From Prorocentrum cordatum (taxonomy: Eukaryota), in contig CAUYUJ010000002.1 in assembly GCA_963575745.1 (NCBI GenBank), forward strand, positions 1,612,001-1,676,000: a DNA stretch of 64,000 bases, written 5' to 3'. The position numbers and the translations under genes are program-made. Below are positions 25,117 through 36,300 of this stretch, one piece after another. A model generated the notes under the pieces. That model was not told the origin of the DNA, searched no databases, and worked only from the letters and a program-made list of their open reading frames with translations. The stretch's first letter is position 1; the number at the start of each line of letters is the position of its first letter.

Positions 25117-26970
25117 CTGGAGCCCTGCCGGCTGGAGATCCGCCACTGGCTCTACGTCGACGACTGGCTGATGCAGGCGCCGCTGGCGATCGCAGTGCAG
25201 CTTCTCGCCGCTGTGGAGGCGGCTGTGGCGACCCGCAACCTCCCGCTACAGCTCGCGAAGTGCGCCTTCCACGTGCCCGCGCTGGCCGGCGCCCCGGTGG
25301 AGGCGCTCCCCGGCGACGCGCGGGCCCTCGCGGCGCGCGTCCCGTACCGCCCTCACGGGTTGAGTCTCCTCGGCACGGAGGCGCGCGGAGACCTGGCCAT
25401 GCCGTTGTACGCCGCCGGCGTTCCGGAGCAGACTCAGCAGCGCCTGGATCGGGCCATCCGCCTCGCCGACGCCGCTCTCGAGATGATGCGGCTAGCACCT
25501 CCGGCAGGGGCCAAGCAGGCCGCCTTCGCCCTATGCCGTGGCATCGTTGCCCACGCGCTCGACTACGATGCGGGAGTCCTACCGTGCAGCGCCTCGCTGC
25601 CCCACGCCCGTATCCTGGACCAGAGCGTCGTGTGCGTCGTCGCGGCATCGATCGACCTGCGCCCAGACCAGCTCACCGAGGCGGAGCTCCAGCAGATCAG
25701 CCTGCCAGTCCGGTATGCCGGCCTGCAGGTGGACGTGCCCTCGCGCATTGTCCCTCTGGCGCGGGCGGCGCGGCTCGTTGAGCACGGCCCTGCCCTACGC
25801 GCAGAGATCACGTCCTGGGCCGCCGGCGGCGGCGCGGAGGCCGCTATCGCCCGCGACGCCAAGCAGTACAACGTCGTCGACGATGCTGTTGCGGACGGCA
25901 TTCTGGACATGCTGCGCGACTGCGGCATCGCAGCCCTCGCCGGGCGCGGCCGCCCTGCTTCGGACCTGGCACAGAGCGCGGGCGACCCGCTCCGCCCAGA
26001 GGGCCCGGAGCAGCACCTGCTCAGCAAGTACTTACAGCACTCGGCCGCGGCGCGCTACGCGGACCTGCTCGCGGGGGCTGCGGCGCGGGACAGGACTCGC
26101 CTCCTCAGCGCGGCGGGGCCGACCGCGGGATCGACGCTTACCGCCGAGCTCTTTCTCTCCGGCGTCGCTCTTGCGGACAGGGAGTGGGTCGAGGCCGTGC
26201 GCTTCCGCCTGGGCATTCCCACGCCGTGCCCGCCCGGCGCGCAGTGCCTCATCGAGAAGATGAGAAGACGTCCACGCACGAGCTGTGCCTCGAGCAGCTT
26301 GACGCGCACGGCGACCACGCGGCCATGTGTGAGTGCGGGCCATTCCAGACCCGCCGACACGACGACTTGGCCGACGTCTACGCGGACATCCTCGCGGAGG
26401 CGGGCGGGTTCGTCCGCCGCGAGCTCTTTGTCCCCGAGCTCACCACCAGCCGCGCGGAGGCATGGCTCGACGTCTGGGCCTATGGCGTCGCAGAGCTGCC
26501 GGACTGCCTGGTCGACGTCACGGTCCGGCATCCCATGTCGGTCGCCTACCAGCCCGGGGCCCGGGGCTGCGCGGGAGCCGGGAAGCGCGGCGCGCGAGGC
26601 CGAGAGCGAGAAGGACGACCGCTACCCACCTGCTGGCGGCCGGGCGGTCTGGCCTGCCGCGCACGGGACGTTCGGCCGCCTCGGGGCGCGCGCGGAGGCC
26701 TCCTGGAGCACTGCGCAGCGGCGCACGCGAGACGCGCCCACCGGAGGGGCCGCCTGCCGGGGAACGCCCTGCGCCGATGGCGGGCGCAGTTGGATGCTGC
26801 GCTCATGCGGGGCGTCGCGGCGCAGCTGCTTGGGGCCCGTTGCGGGGTGCCTGGGCGCCCTCGCAGGCGCGCGGCCCCGCTGAGCGCGCGGCAGCTCGAG
26901 GCGCGGAGCCCGTGATGGAGATACGAGCGTCATAATATGTATTACATCGCCTTGACCTGTAGCTGGCGTC
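25117..26970 (+). mobile_element. Second 5'-truncated CRE-like retrotransposon, frameshifted
   Basis: YVDD at about 25153, LAKC, LLGT, AGLQ, RFRLGIP, HAAMC...RRHD, WLDV, VDVTVRHP, EKDDRY, TFGRLG. Frameshifts near 26255, 26570 and 26700. Confidence 0.85.
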
Positions 26971-27016
26971 GCTCCTCCTCCCCCCCCTCCTCCTCCTGAG
27001 ACAAGCTGTGCTGTGC

Positions 27017-28174
27017 ATGGCTCGACGTGATGAGGCGGATGTACTCCCAGGGCCCCGATCGCCCTTCTGGGGGTGTCCAAGTTGTGGCAGGAACCAGAAT
27101 TTCGCTTGTCGGATACGGTGTCTCTGCGGGCAGTCAGCCCCGAGGGCAAGTGTGGAGCGCGCGCGCACCGCAGCTGCCTCCCTGGGCTCATCGGCTCGTG
27201 CTCCTCCTGGCGTTCCTCCTGGGCAGCCTCGCGGCCCTCGCGGTGCGTGGGCCAAGGGCCCCCCGGCCGATCTGTCTGGCCAGCTGGCAGCAATGGAGAA
27301 GCGCATCATGGAGAAGGTCGCAGCCAAGTCTTCCCCTCCCGCGGGTGCCGCGGCCAACGGAGGCGGAGGCGGCGGCTCGGCCCAGGCTGGAGGTGGTGGC
27401 GCCGAAGCTCAAGACGCACCGCCTTCGGACGACGACAAGCTACGTGTTAGAGTGCAGCACCTGGAGGAGTCATTGCAAGCTCTTCGCAAGTGCGATGGAG
27501 TACCAGCGTCTGCCATTGAGATCGTGGAGAGCGAACTCAAGGTGGCGCGTGCGGAGGTGCAGTCCAAGAAGCCAGTGTTGTCCCGTGCCACCACGTTGGG
27601 CCACAAGCTGGCGGATAAGCAGAAGAAGTTCGAGGCTCTCGACAAGTCAATTGCGGAGCAGAATAAGGTTGTGGAGCAGGCTCAGCGGACGTTGGCGGAG
27701 CTCAATGACCGACAACGCAGCCTGCGCGTGGACATCGACGCACTCAAGATTGAGCTGCAGGCGGCGATGCAGCAGGTGGCGCCCTCAGCCCCCGAGCAGC
27801 AGGTGGAGGTCGACCTGGAGCTGGACCCGACCGTGCTTGAGGGCCCTGAGGCGGAGGGGGTCAAGACGATGCTGGCCTCGCCCGAGTTCGCCAAGTTCAA
27901 GGAGCTCTTTGCGGCCAAGGCGGCAGCGGCGCGGGACCAGCAGCAGGCTGCGCCTCGGGCCCCTGATGGTGTACATGGTGCGGCACCAGGAGCTGCTCCC
28001 GAAGCGGCTGAGGTCAGTGCTGGCGATGACGACGTTGACATGGAGGAGCTCTCCGAGGAGAAGGTGCAGCAGGTCATCGCCGCGGCGCGGAAGGAGGGCC
28101 CCGACCACGAGAAGGAGGTCGCGGACCTGCTCAAGCAGTTCGGTATCAGGGCGAAGAAGCAGCGGTGCGGGTGA
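27017..28174 (+). CDS. LINE ORF1: N-terminal Cys finger plus coiled coil
   Basis: WGCPSCGRNQNFACRIRCLCG (RanBP2-like pattern), long E/K/Q/L heptad region, basic C-terminus RAKKQR, strong coding codon bias. Confidence 0.85.
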   Translation: MARRDEADVLPGPRSPFWGCPSCGRNQNFACRIRCLCGQSAPRASVERARTAAASLGSSARAPPGVPPGQPRGPRGAWAKGPPADLSGQLAAMEKRIMEKVAAKSSPPAGAAANGGGGGGSAQAGGGGAEAQDAPPSDDDKLRVRVQHLEESLQALRKCDGVPASAIEIVESELKVARAEVQSKKPVLSRATTLGHKLADKQKKFEALDKSIAEQNKVVEQAQRTLAELNDRQRSLRVDIDALKIELQAAMQQVAPSAPEQQVEVDLELDPTVLEGPEAEGVKTMLASPEFAKFKELFAAKAAAARDQQQAAPRAPDGVHGAAPGAAPEAAEVSAGDDDVDMEELSEEKVQQVIAAARKEGPDHEKEVADLLKQFGIRAKKQRCG

Positions 28175-31100
28175 CGCACTCCACCGCTGCCGTGCGCCCC
28201 TCTTGTCAGGCATTCCGTTGTCCTCTGCTGGAGTACCAGTGCCACCTCTGCGCGGAGGTCCCAAGGTAGCCAGAGGGGACCCGTTTTTTATTGAGACTTT
28301 CAACGGTTCTTGTTGGAAGACGCTTCGGCGAAGGTTACGTGAGACTTCGGCGGTGATTGTGTGTGCCCAGGAGATAGGCATCAGTGTTTCCTTTTTGGGA
28401 CAAGCTACGGCCTCGGCACGCTCGCTCGGCTTCCACGCCCTGTTCGGCCCCTCGTTCTTGAACCCAGAGACAGGCAAGGTCTCGTGCGGTGTCGCCGTCT
28501 TCGCTCGGCTCAGCATTGGTTTACGATGGCCTCCAGAAGGTCCTGGCCCAGTGGTTCCTGGACGAGCTATCAAGGTCCTGGTGGATTTCCCTGGGTGGCC
28601 CACGGTGACGGTTTTCTCGGTCTATCTGAAGACTTCGGAGGGCCTCAGCGAGGCCAACGTACAGATGATCGCTAAGATAGGTAAGCAGGTGAATGACCCA
28701 ACTCATACGATCCTGGCGGGCGACTGGAACCTCACCCCACAGGTTCTGGAGGCCTCTGGAGTTCCACGCAAGTTGGGGATGTTGGTTTTGGCGCCGATTG
28801 AGCACACGTGTCGTACTCCGTCTACGAACACAATTATAGATTTCTTCGTCATGGGTCCTGGTTTGTCTAGATTGATTTCTGGAGTTGCAGCTGTCATGTC
28901 TTGGGACGTCAAGCCCCACAGACCTGTCCAACTCAAGGTTCGTGCAGATGCTCTTTCCCTCAGGCAGCTAGTGTACCGTAGCTATCAGCGCCTACCTGTC
29001 GATGTGCCTTTTGGTCCGCGGCCTCAACCACCAGCGTGGCAAGGCGCTCTTGCTCATGCTGCACAGGCAGCGGCTTGGGCCATGCACGAGAAGGCCACGG
29101 CGGCCTGGAGGGTTTTGAATAATGCATGGGCGCAGTTTGTGGACGTCGCTGAGCTGGAGCTTACCCGAACGTTAGGTTTCGAGCCGAAGGAGTTGGGCGA
29201 GCGTTCGCGAACGATCAAATCATCTTGGGTTTCGGTTTTCTATCGCCCGAAGGATCCTGAGGATAAGCTCCAGATCGCTGCTGGCTGGAGGTGGCTGTAC
29301 CAGTCTTTTCAAGAATTTACCCTGACGGTGCAAGATGCGACTGAGGACGCCGTCCAGTGTTGCATCCAGCTTCAGGTATCGCTCCAGGACTCCTGCCCTG
29401 GCGAAGGCCTGTCTGTGCGCCTGGACGCCTCCCTCCGTGCCATGCGCACTCTGGCGAGGAGCTGGCAACACCACAGCAGCTTCCATAGGCAGGAGTGGCT
29501 TGAGCTAGCTCAGCAGTTGTTAGAGGATGTTCGTGAGGATTATGAGCAAGCTGGGTTGGATGGGGATCGTATACAGCGGGAGTCGTGGGATCTCTGGCAG
29601 GAACGGGCCCTTGCTGGCTCAGCTCGGATAATGCATCGTTTTACGAAGCTGAAAAAGGTTTGGCAGCCGACAGTTATCCAGAGTGCGCCTGGAGTGTTTA
29701 CTGCAGATCCACATGCCCTTCTGGAGGATGAAGCTCAGACTTTGGGAAGATTTTGGGGAGCGGACTTGAAGCCACCCGAAGCCTGGATTCCTGATCGTCA
29801 ATGTTTCCCTCGGGCCAGCGTTGATGAACTTCGGAAAGCGTCTCTGAGCTTCAGCCGCCACACTGCCCAGAGCTTAGATGGATTTCACCCTCGGCATGTT
29901 GGTGCCCTCTCCGACGAGGGCCTCACGTGCCTGGCCGTGCTCTACGAGGCCGTGGAGCGGCTGGGCCTTTTCCCCGCGCAGCTACTGTGGATGCTGCTGC
30001 CTTTACTGGAGAAGCCCAAAGGAGGTCTCAGGCCGATTCTACTTCTGGGATCTTTTGTTCGAGTTTGGGAGCGACTTCGGAGACCTCAGGCTGATTCTTT
30101 CCTGGATCGGGCCCAACGGTCTTACTGGTCTTTTGGTGCGGGGCAGTCTGCTGAGGTATCGATATGGCAACAAAGTGTGAGAGCCGAGGAGACCTCCGAA
30201 AAGGGCGATTACACGGCAGGTTTCATTTGGGACGGTCTGAAGTACTACGAGTCCTTTCGGCTCCTGTGGCTGAGGGATCGGGCCATGTACTGGCGTATAC
30301 CAACGGTTCTCATAAAAGTCCTGTACAACCTCTGGAGGTCCCCGAGAGTACTCCGTCTGGGAGCTCATCACTGCCCGCTTATTCAGTTTGCGCAAAACGG
30401 TTTACCAGCAGGGGGCATTTTCAATGATGTTTTCGTGAAGGTTTACGCGATGTTCGAGTTTGATCTCTGGTCTAGCCGAAATCCTGGGGTTAGTCTGGGA
30501 TCGTACGTCGACGATGACACGGTTTCGGCCCATGGTCCTGAAAGTGTTATTATGCATGATTTGGTCAAGGCTGCGAAAGATTTGAAGTGGGTTTTTCAGA
30601 CGCGTTTAGGTGTGCGGCTAGCTGAAGACAAAGCGGTATCTTTTTCGTCGTCCAGCAGGATAGCTTCCAAGCTCCGCAGGCGACTTCAGCCAATATGCCC
30701 TTCTTCGGCCACGAACTCCACGGTGTCGCTGGGCGTGGACCTAGCACCTGGGCAGGGGTTATCGGCCAAGAAGGCTAGAGCTCGGCGGCGGCAACGGTTT
30801 CACGATATGCGAATTCGTAGCCGACTACTCCAGCACTATAAGAAGAAGCTTCCCAGGGACCGTACGCGGATTAACAAGATATATGTTGCAGGAGTACGGC
30901 CAGCAGCAGGTTTCGGCAGCATGGTCCTAGGAGTTTCTGATCATGAATTGGCCTCTTTACGTTCAGTGCTGATGTCAGGCAAGTCTCCTGCCCATCGGGG
31001 AGCAAGCTTGACAGCGAAGTGTGTGCTTCATGGAGACCCTGCGTGGCGTCAGGCGGTGGCCCCAGCACTTCAGTGGTCGAACAGCCTCTGGCAGAGCCTC

Positions 31101-31493
31101 ACGGAGCCCACGGTTTCCCACTTCTCGTTTCGGGATCACATTCGGATATGGCGTACAATATCGAGTTCCTCTCCTGAGTTAGGCCCCACTGTCTGGCGTA
31201 AGTCTAAAGGCCCAGTGCACAGAATGCTCCTCTCCCTCCATCGTATCGGGTGGCGTGCAGATAATTTTGCGCTGTGGAGAGATGACCGCGATCGCGTCGT
31301 TGATTTAATGTACACCTCCCCAGCTTTAGTGGCCAAGCAGCTTGAGGCTGGCGTGCAGAGAGCCCTTGAGCGCAAGATGGCCGCCGATTTAGATGATTTC
31401 AACGAGGTCAGAGTCTGCCCAGACCCTGTCGCCAAGTTGTTTCGCTCACGTAAGACCACGGCCAGACAAAAATATTGGCTTTCGGCTGTTTTT
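27030..31493 (+). CDS. LINE ORF2, 5' part: APE endonuclease and reverse transcriptase (true start uncertain; APE begins about 28283)
   Basis: ETFNGSCW, CAQE, SVYL, AGDWN, IIDFFV, PHRPV (APE); KPKGGLRPI, WDGLKYYE, YVDD at 30504-30515 (RT). No stop from 27027 to the E4 insertion. Confidence 0.9.
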
Positions 31494-32683
31494 CCCGGAA
31501 AGGGCTCCGGCCCAGGGTTCTCTTTTAGTTTGTAAACTTAATCCCCCGGTGCCTGCTTGAAGGAGGCCGGCGAATTGCCGGCGAATTTTTTCCCTGATAA
31601 ATAACGAGGTCGAAGGAGGCCGGCGAATTAAAATTTGAGGATGTCTCGAGCGAAACGCTTGTTTTTGAAATCCCGATCGATAAATCACAGGGTGCGGGCC
31701 ACCTCAGCACGACCACATCCCAGCACGACCACATTCCAGCACGACCACGCCCCAGCACGACCACGCCCCAGCACGACCACACCCCAGCACGACCACACCC
31801 CAGCACGACCACACCCCAGCACGACCACACCCCAGCACGACCACACCCCAGCACGACCCGATCGATAAATCACAGGGTGCGGACCACCCCAGCACGACCA
31901 CACCCCAGCACGACCCCACCCCAGCACGACCCCACCCCAGCACGACCACGCCCCAGCACGACCACACCCCAGCACGACCACACCCCAGCACGACCACACC
32001 CCAGCACGACCCCACCCCAGCACGCACGACCACACCCCAGCACGACCACACCCCAGCACGACCACACCCCAGCACGACCCCACCCCAGCACGACCCCACC
32101 ACAGCACGACCACACCCCAGCACGACCACACCCCAGCACGACCACACCCCAGCACGACCCCACCCCAGCAAGACCACACCCCAGCACGACCACACCCCAG
32201 CACGACCTCACCACAGCACGACCACACCCCAGCACGACCACGCCCCAGCACGACCACGCCCCAGCACGACCACGCCCCAGCACGACCACCCCCCAGCACG
32301 ACCACCCCCCTAGCACGACCACCCCCCAGCACGACCACCCCCCAGCACGACCACACCCCAGCACGACCACACCCCAGCACGACCACACCCCAGCACGACC
32401 ACACCCCAGCACGACCACACCCAGTCGCACCCCCGTGGAATGTTTCGTGGGGTGTCTGGTTGAGTGGTTGCCTGTTCGTGGGGTGTCTCGTGGAATGTTT
32501 CACGGGGTGTCTCGTGGAATGTTTCGTGAGGTGTCTCGTGGGTTGTTTCGTGAGGTGTCTCCTGGAATGTTTCGCGGGGTGTCTCGTGGGATGTTTCGTG
32601 AGGTGTCGCCCAGTTGGATATCGTGAAAACGTGACCATGCTGCACATGTCTATATCCCTTTCCGGGTTCGTGGGTCCATCATG
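31494..32683 (+). mobile_element. Helitron2/Helentron-like element E4, inserted in LINE ORF2
   Basis: ORF2 reads KYWLSAVF before and SGACWTGDRM after the element. Insertion is in a T-run with no other TSD. Confidence 0.88.
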
Positions 32684-34150
32684 TTTCAGGTGCCTGTTGG
32701 ACGGGAGATCGGATGAGAGCGTGCGGGTATGACCACGGGGGGGGGCTGTCCTTTGTGTAGGGAACCCGACTCCCTGTTCCATCGGCAATGGCTCTGTCCG
32801 AGTGTGGCTGAACAGAGGCTCGAGTATGTTAGTCAGGAGCTGATTGATCAGGTGAAAGCTGCCGACCCCCAGGAGCTTTTGTTCTGGACGAGGCTCATTT
32901 TGCCTCAGCCTGTGGTCCCTGGTCCGTCCTGGAACCTCGACCCGACCTTTCAGGATTCCGAGGGCCAGGAAATCAGTTTTGAAGATTTTCTTGAGCTGAC
33001 CCGTGGGTGTGAGCCCGTGGTTGACGGCTCAGCAACTCAGCAGGTGTTTAAGGAGCTCCAACGTGCTGCGTTCGGGGCTGTGTTCCTAGCACCTGGCCCC
33101 GAATACAAGATTCAGGCAAGGATGATGGGCACAGTATGGCCCACCCTTTTCCAGACCCCGCAGTCGGCGGAGCATCTTGGCATAGCCACGCTCAGCTGTG
33201 TCATAGATCACCCTGCCACACCTCACAGTGACTGCTCTGGTGCCGTTAAGTTGCACAATGCGAGTCGTCGGGAACAGCTGTGCCCAAAGCAGATGTTTGC
33301 TGGCCTTAGGAGGCTTGCTATAGAACACGACCCTCAGGGCTGTCTGGGACCTGCTTCCTACACCCCCGCCCACAGGTCTGAGGAGGTCATTTTGGCTTTA
33401 CCGATTTTGGAGCGTCGCATTGCACTGGGAAATGCTGATGCTGATAGGCTAGCCAAGCACGCACTGACACTTCACCCAGGGGCCCCGACTGAAGACCTCG
33501 AGGCTCTGGATGTGTGCGTGAAGCGTGTGAAAGTTTTAGTTCGAATGTTTGATGCGGTGCTCTCCTGCTACCCCAAGATGGAGTTCCGTCGCTCTGCCAG
33601 AGGCCCTCGGGCGACGGCGGCTGTCAGAGATCCGAGTTGGCACGACTGGTGCGAGATCGACTCGGGAGTAGCATGGAGGTGCACCAAGTGTTTCTCGATC
33701 ACCTGGGATCAGGACAGATCGATGGTAGGGTGCAAAGGGGTCCCCACTGCTTTTCGGAATCTGAAGGATGCCGAAGGACGGGGGCACCTCCTAGCTTGCT
33801 CGATGATTGACAACGAAGCCCAGGAACCTTTAGTGTTTTGCTATAGGTGTGGGGCCTACTCTTCGAAGAGGTGTGTTTTGCTGGCGACGCGGTGCTGTGG
33901 AAAGCTGGGCACGAGATCCCAGACCTTATCCCGTATCAAGCAGGGGCTCCACCCGCACTTTTACAATGATAATCGTGTCACGGACCCTTGCCGTCGCTCT
34001 GCTGATTTTGTCATGGAGGTTGCGGCCACACAAGGTGGTAGACAGACGGCCTCCCGACTGCGCCTCGTGTCAACTCCTGGCATGGAGGCTTTGGCGGCCC
34101 GCATTCGTGCGCGGGAAGAAGCCGCAGCTGCCTCCCGTCGATCGGGGTAG
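32684..34150 (+). CDS. LINE ORF2, 3' part: CCHC, RNase H-like domain, Cys-rich tail
   Basis: CPLC...HRQWLC, VDGS, QSAE, HSDC, PAH, GNADAD, CTKC, CYRCG. A G9 run at about 32737-32745 puts it one base out of frame with the upstream SGACW segment. Confidence 0.85.
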
Positions 34151-34730
34151 GCAGGGTTTTTGTTTCAGTTCTGCCTCGAGGGCCTCCGAGGAAAAATCCT
34201 CCTCCTCCTCCTCCTCCTCCTCCTCCTCCGCCTCCCTCTCCTCCCTCTTCTCCTCCGCCTCCGCCTCATCCTCCTCCTACGGCTAGCGGTTATGCACGCG
34301 CAAGGAGCGGTCGGGGCGCACGCAGCGGGGCTCAGCGCAAACGGGGTTCAGCCAGAACGCCACATCCTGCAGGATCCTCCAACACATTCTAGAACCTATG
34401 CACACCGCCCCGCGGCCATCACAGCGCGATCTGGCTCGGAGAATGTTGCGGAAACATGGGGTCCATGGGTCCGTTGGTAATGTTTGTGATGTTTCGTGGT
34501 TTTTGAAAGTCAGATTTGAGGGATGCCGTGTTTGGAAGCCGCTCGCATTGGCCGGCCCGGCCTTGGGAAGCCCCTCAACAAAAACGCAGCGTTTTATTTC
34601 TGGATTGGCGGAGGTGGGTTCGCGCCGCGCCTGGTCCATCCACGCCCGATGTGGGCCGAGGATGGGCGTCGTCGTGTGCCCTCCTCCTCCTCCTCCTTCT
34701 CCTTCTCTTCGTCCTCCTCCCCCTCCTCTC

Positions 34731-34939
34731 TGGGCGCCCGAAATGGGTGCCGAAGGAATGGATGCAATGCCCAATAGCAGTTCCTGTTCATTTTGAACAG
34801 GATTCGCTGTCCACGCCGCCGCGGCCTGTGCCCATTTGAGACAGAAGGCCGCCTGCCCAACAGCGGCCGCTGTTGGTTCGGGACAACACTTGCTGTTGGG
34901 CATTGTGCCCATTGTTTCCGTGCCCATTTCGGGCGTCCA
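34731..34939. mobile_element. MITE family G (TIR TGGGCGCCCGAAATGGG); empty-site paralogue of the E7 target
   Basis: tgggcgcccgaaatggg ... cccatttcgggcgtcca. Internal ttcattttgaacaggattcgctgtcc matches both flanks of E7. Confidence 0.75.
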
Positions 34940-35064
34940 AATCCTCCTCCACCGCGCGGCCGGGCCCGCGATCACGGGGCGCCCCCAGCGCCGAGGGAAG
35001 GCGCGAAGGCAGGCACCGCCGATGGCCGAAGGCGAGAGCTCGCGTGGCGGCGCCTGAGATGGCA

Positions 35065-36300
35065 ATGTGCAGGTCGACGGAGCTGAACTTCAGCTGGCTC
35101 CTCAGCGCGGAGTGGCAGTCTTGGGGGGCCAAGGTAGAGCCCGACGCCATCCGCTGCAGCGCAGGGACCGGCGCGGGCGAGGCAGCGACGACTGCCGAGG
35201 AACCGCGGTGGGGCCTGCAGTGGATGCAGGACTACGCGGACGAGGCAGAGGAGGCCAGGAAGGCCGCGTAGGCTAAGAAGGCTGAGGGGGCCAGGAAGGC
35301 CGAGGAGACAGGGCAGTGGCAGCGTCGCGCGGGGAGCTCGTGTGAGAAGAACGGACAAGAGGCAAAGCTGGAGCCCAACTACTCCAGCCACATTACTGAG
35401 AACTGCGAGTGCGAGAAGTGGGAGGCTGCGATAGAGCCAAACACCATCAGCTACAGCGCGGGAATCAGGGTGCGCGAGAAGGACGGGCAGTGGCAGCGCC
35501 GAGAGAGCGACGACTGCACGTGCGACATGGACGGGCAGTGGCAGCCTCAGGCGGACAGACCACGGCCGCTTCAAGCAGACGGGCAGTGGCAGCCGAAAGG
35601 GGTCGGGCCTTGCGCGCGCGCGCTCCGTGAGGGCCAGGACCGACCTTGCGAGATACGCGGGCAGTGGCAGCCTCAAGAAGTCGGATCCCGCGCGTGCGAG
35701 AAGGACGGGCAGCGGCAGCCTCAAGCGTGGAGGAGGCCAGGGCGGCCGACAGAGGAGGGTGCTTGTTTATTTCTGGCAGGGGCCAGGGCTTGTGAGAAAG
35801 ACGGGCGGTGGCAACCTCAAGCGTGCGAGAAGGAATGGCAGCGGCAGCCTCAAGTGGACGGGCGGGCAGTGGACGTTTGACGAAGACGGACAATGTGCGT
35901 GCGAGAAGAGCGAGCAGCGCGAGAAGGACAGGCCGTGGCAGCAGAAGGCGAAAAACGAGCCTGGGACCAGCGCGTACAGGAATTGGGAGGCGAAGGTAGA
36001 GGCCGACACCATCAGCTACAGCGTTGGGGCCAGGAGGTGCGAGAAGGAGCAGGCGAAGCTAGAGCCCAACCAAGATCGTCGTCTGCAGCGCTGAGAGCAG
36101 CGCGCGCGAGAAGTGGGAGGCGAAGGTAGAAACCGACGCCATCAGCTACAGCGCTGGGGCCAGGACCTGCGAGAAGGAACGGGCGAAGCTAGCGCCCAAG
36201 ATCGTCAGCTACAGCGCTGGGAGCAGCGCGCGCGAGAAGGTGTGCGGGAGATGGATCAGCCAGGCGATGTGGGCAGCGCGGCGGGCCATCGCCAGCAAGT
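35065..36300 (+). pseudogene. Degenerate pentatricopeptide-repeat (PPR) coding fragments
   Basis: Repeated gcgtgcgagaaggacgggcagtggcag (ACEKDGQWQ) and tgggaggcgaaggtagagccgacaccatcagctacagcg (WEAKVE.DTISYS) units resemble dinoflagellate ISYSAGISACEKGGQWQ PPRs. Many stops and frameshifts. Confidence 0.75.

Larger units (their letters stand above)
26998..34196 (+). mobile_element. Full-length LINE (ORF1 plus APE-RT-RNase H ORF2) inserted in (CCT)n and interrupted by E4
   Basis: Flanked by CCT tracts (26972-26997, 34197-34230) with a short A run at the 3' end. Same family as the 0.6-4.9 kb element. Confidence 0.92.

Noticed and set aside
23413..26915. RT pair as a bacterial retron, DGR or defence RT system
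   Set aside because: Both carry the CCHC plus restriction-like endonuclease C-terminus of eukaryotic CRE-like elements, and no template repeat or ncRNA is evident.
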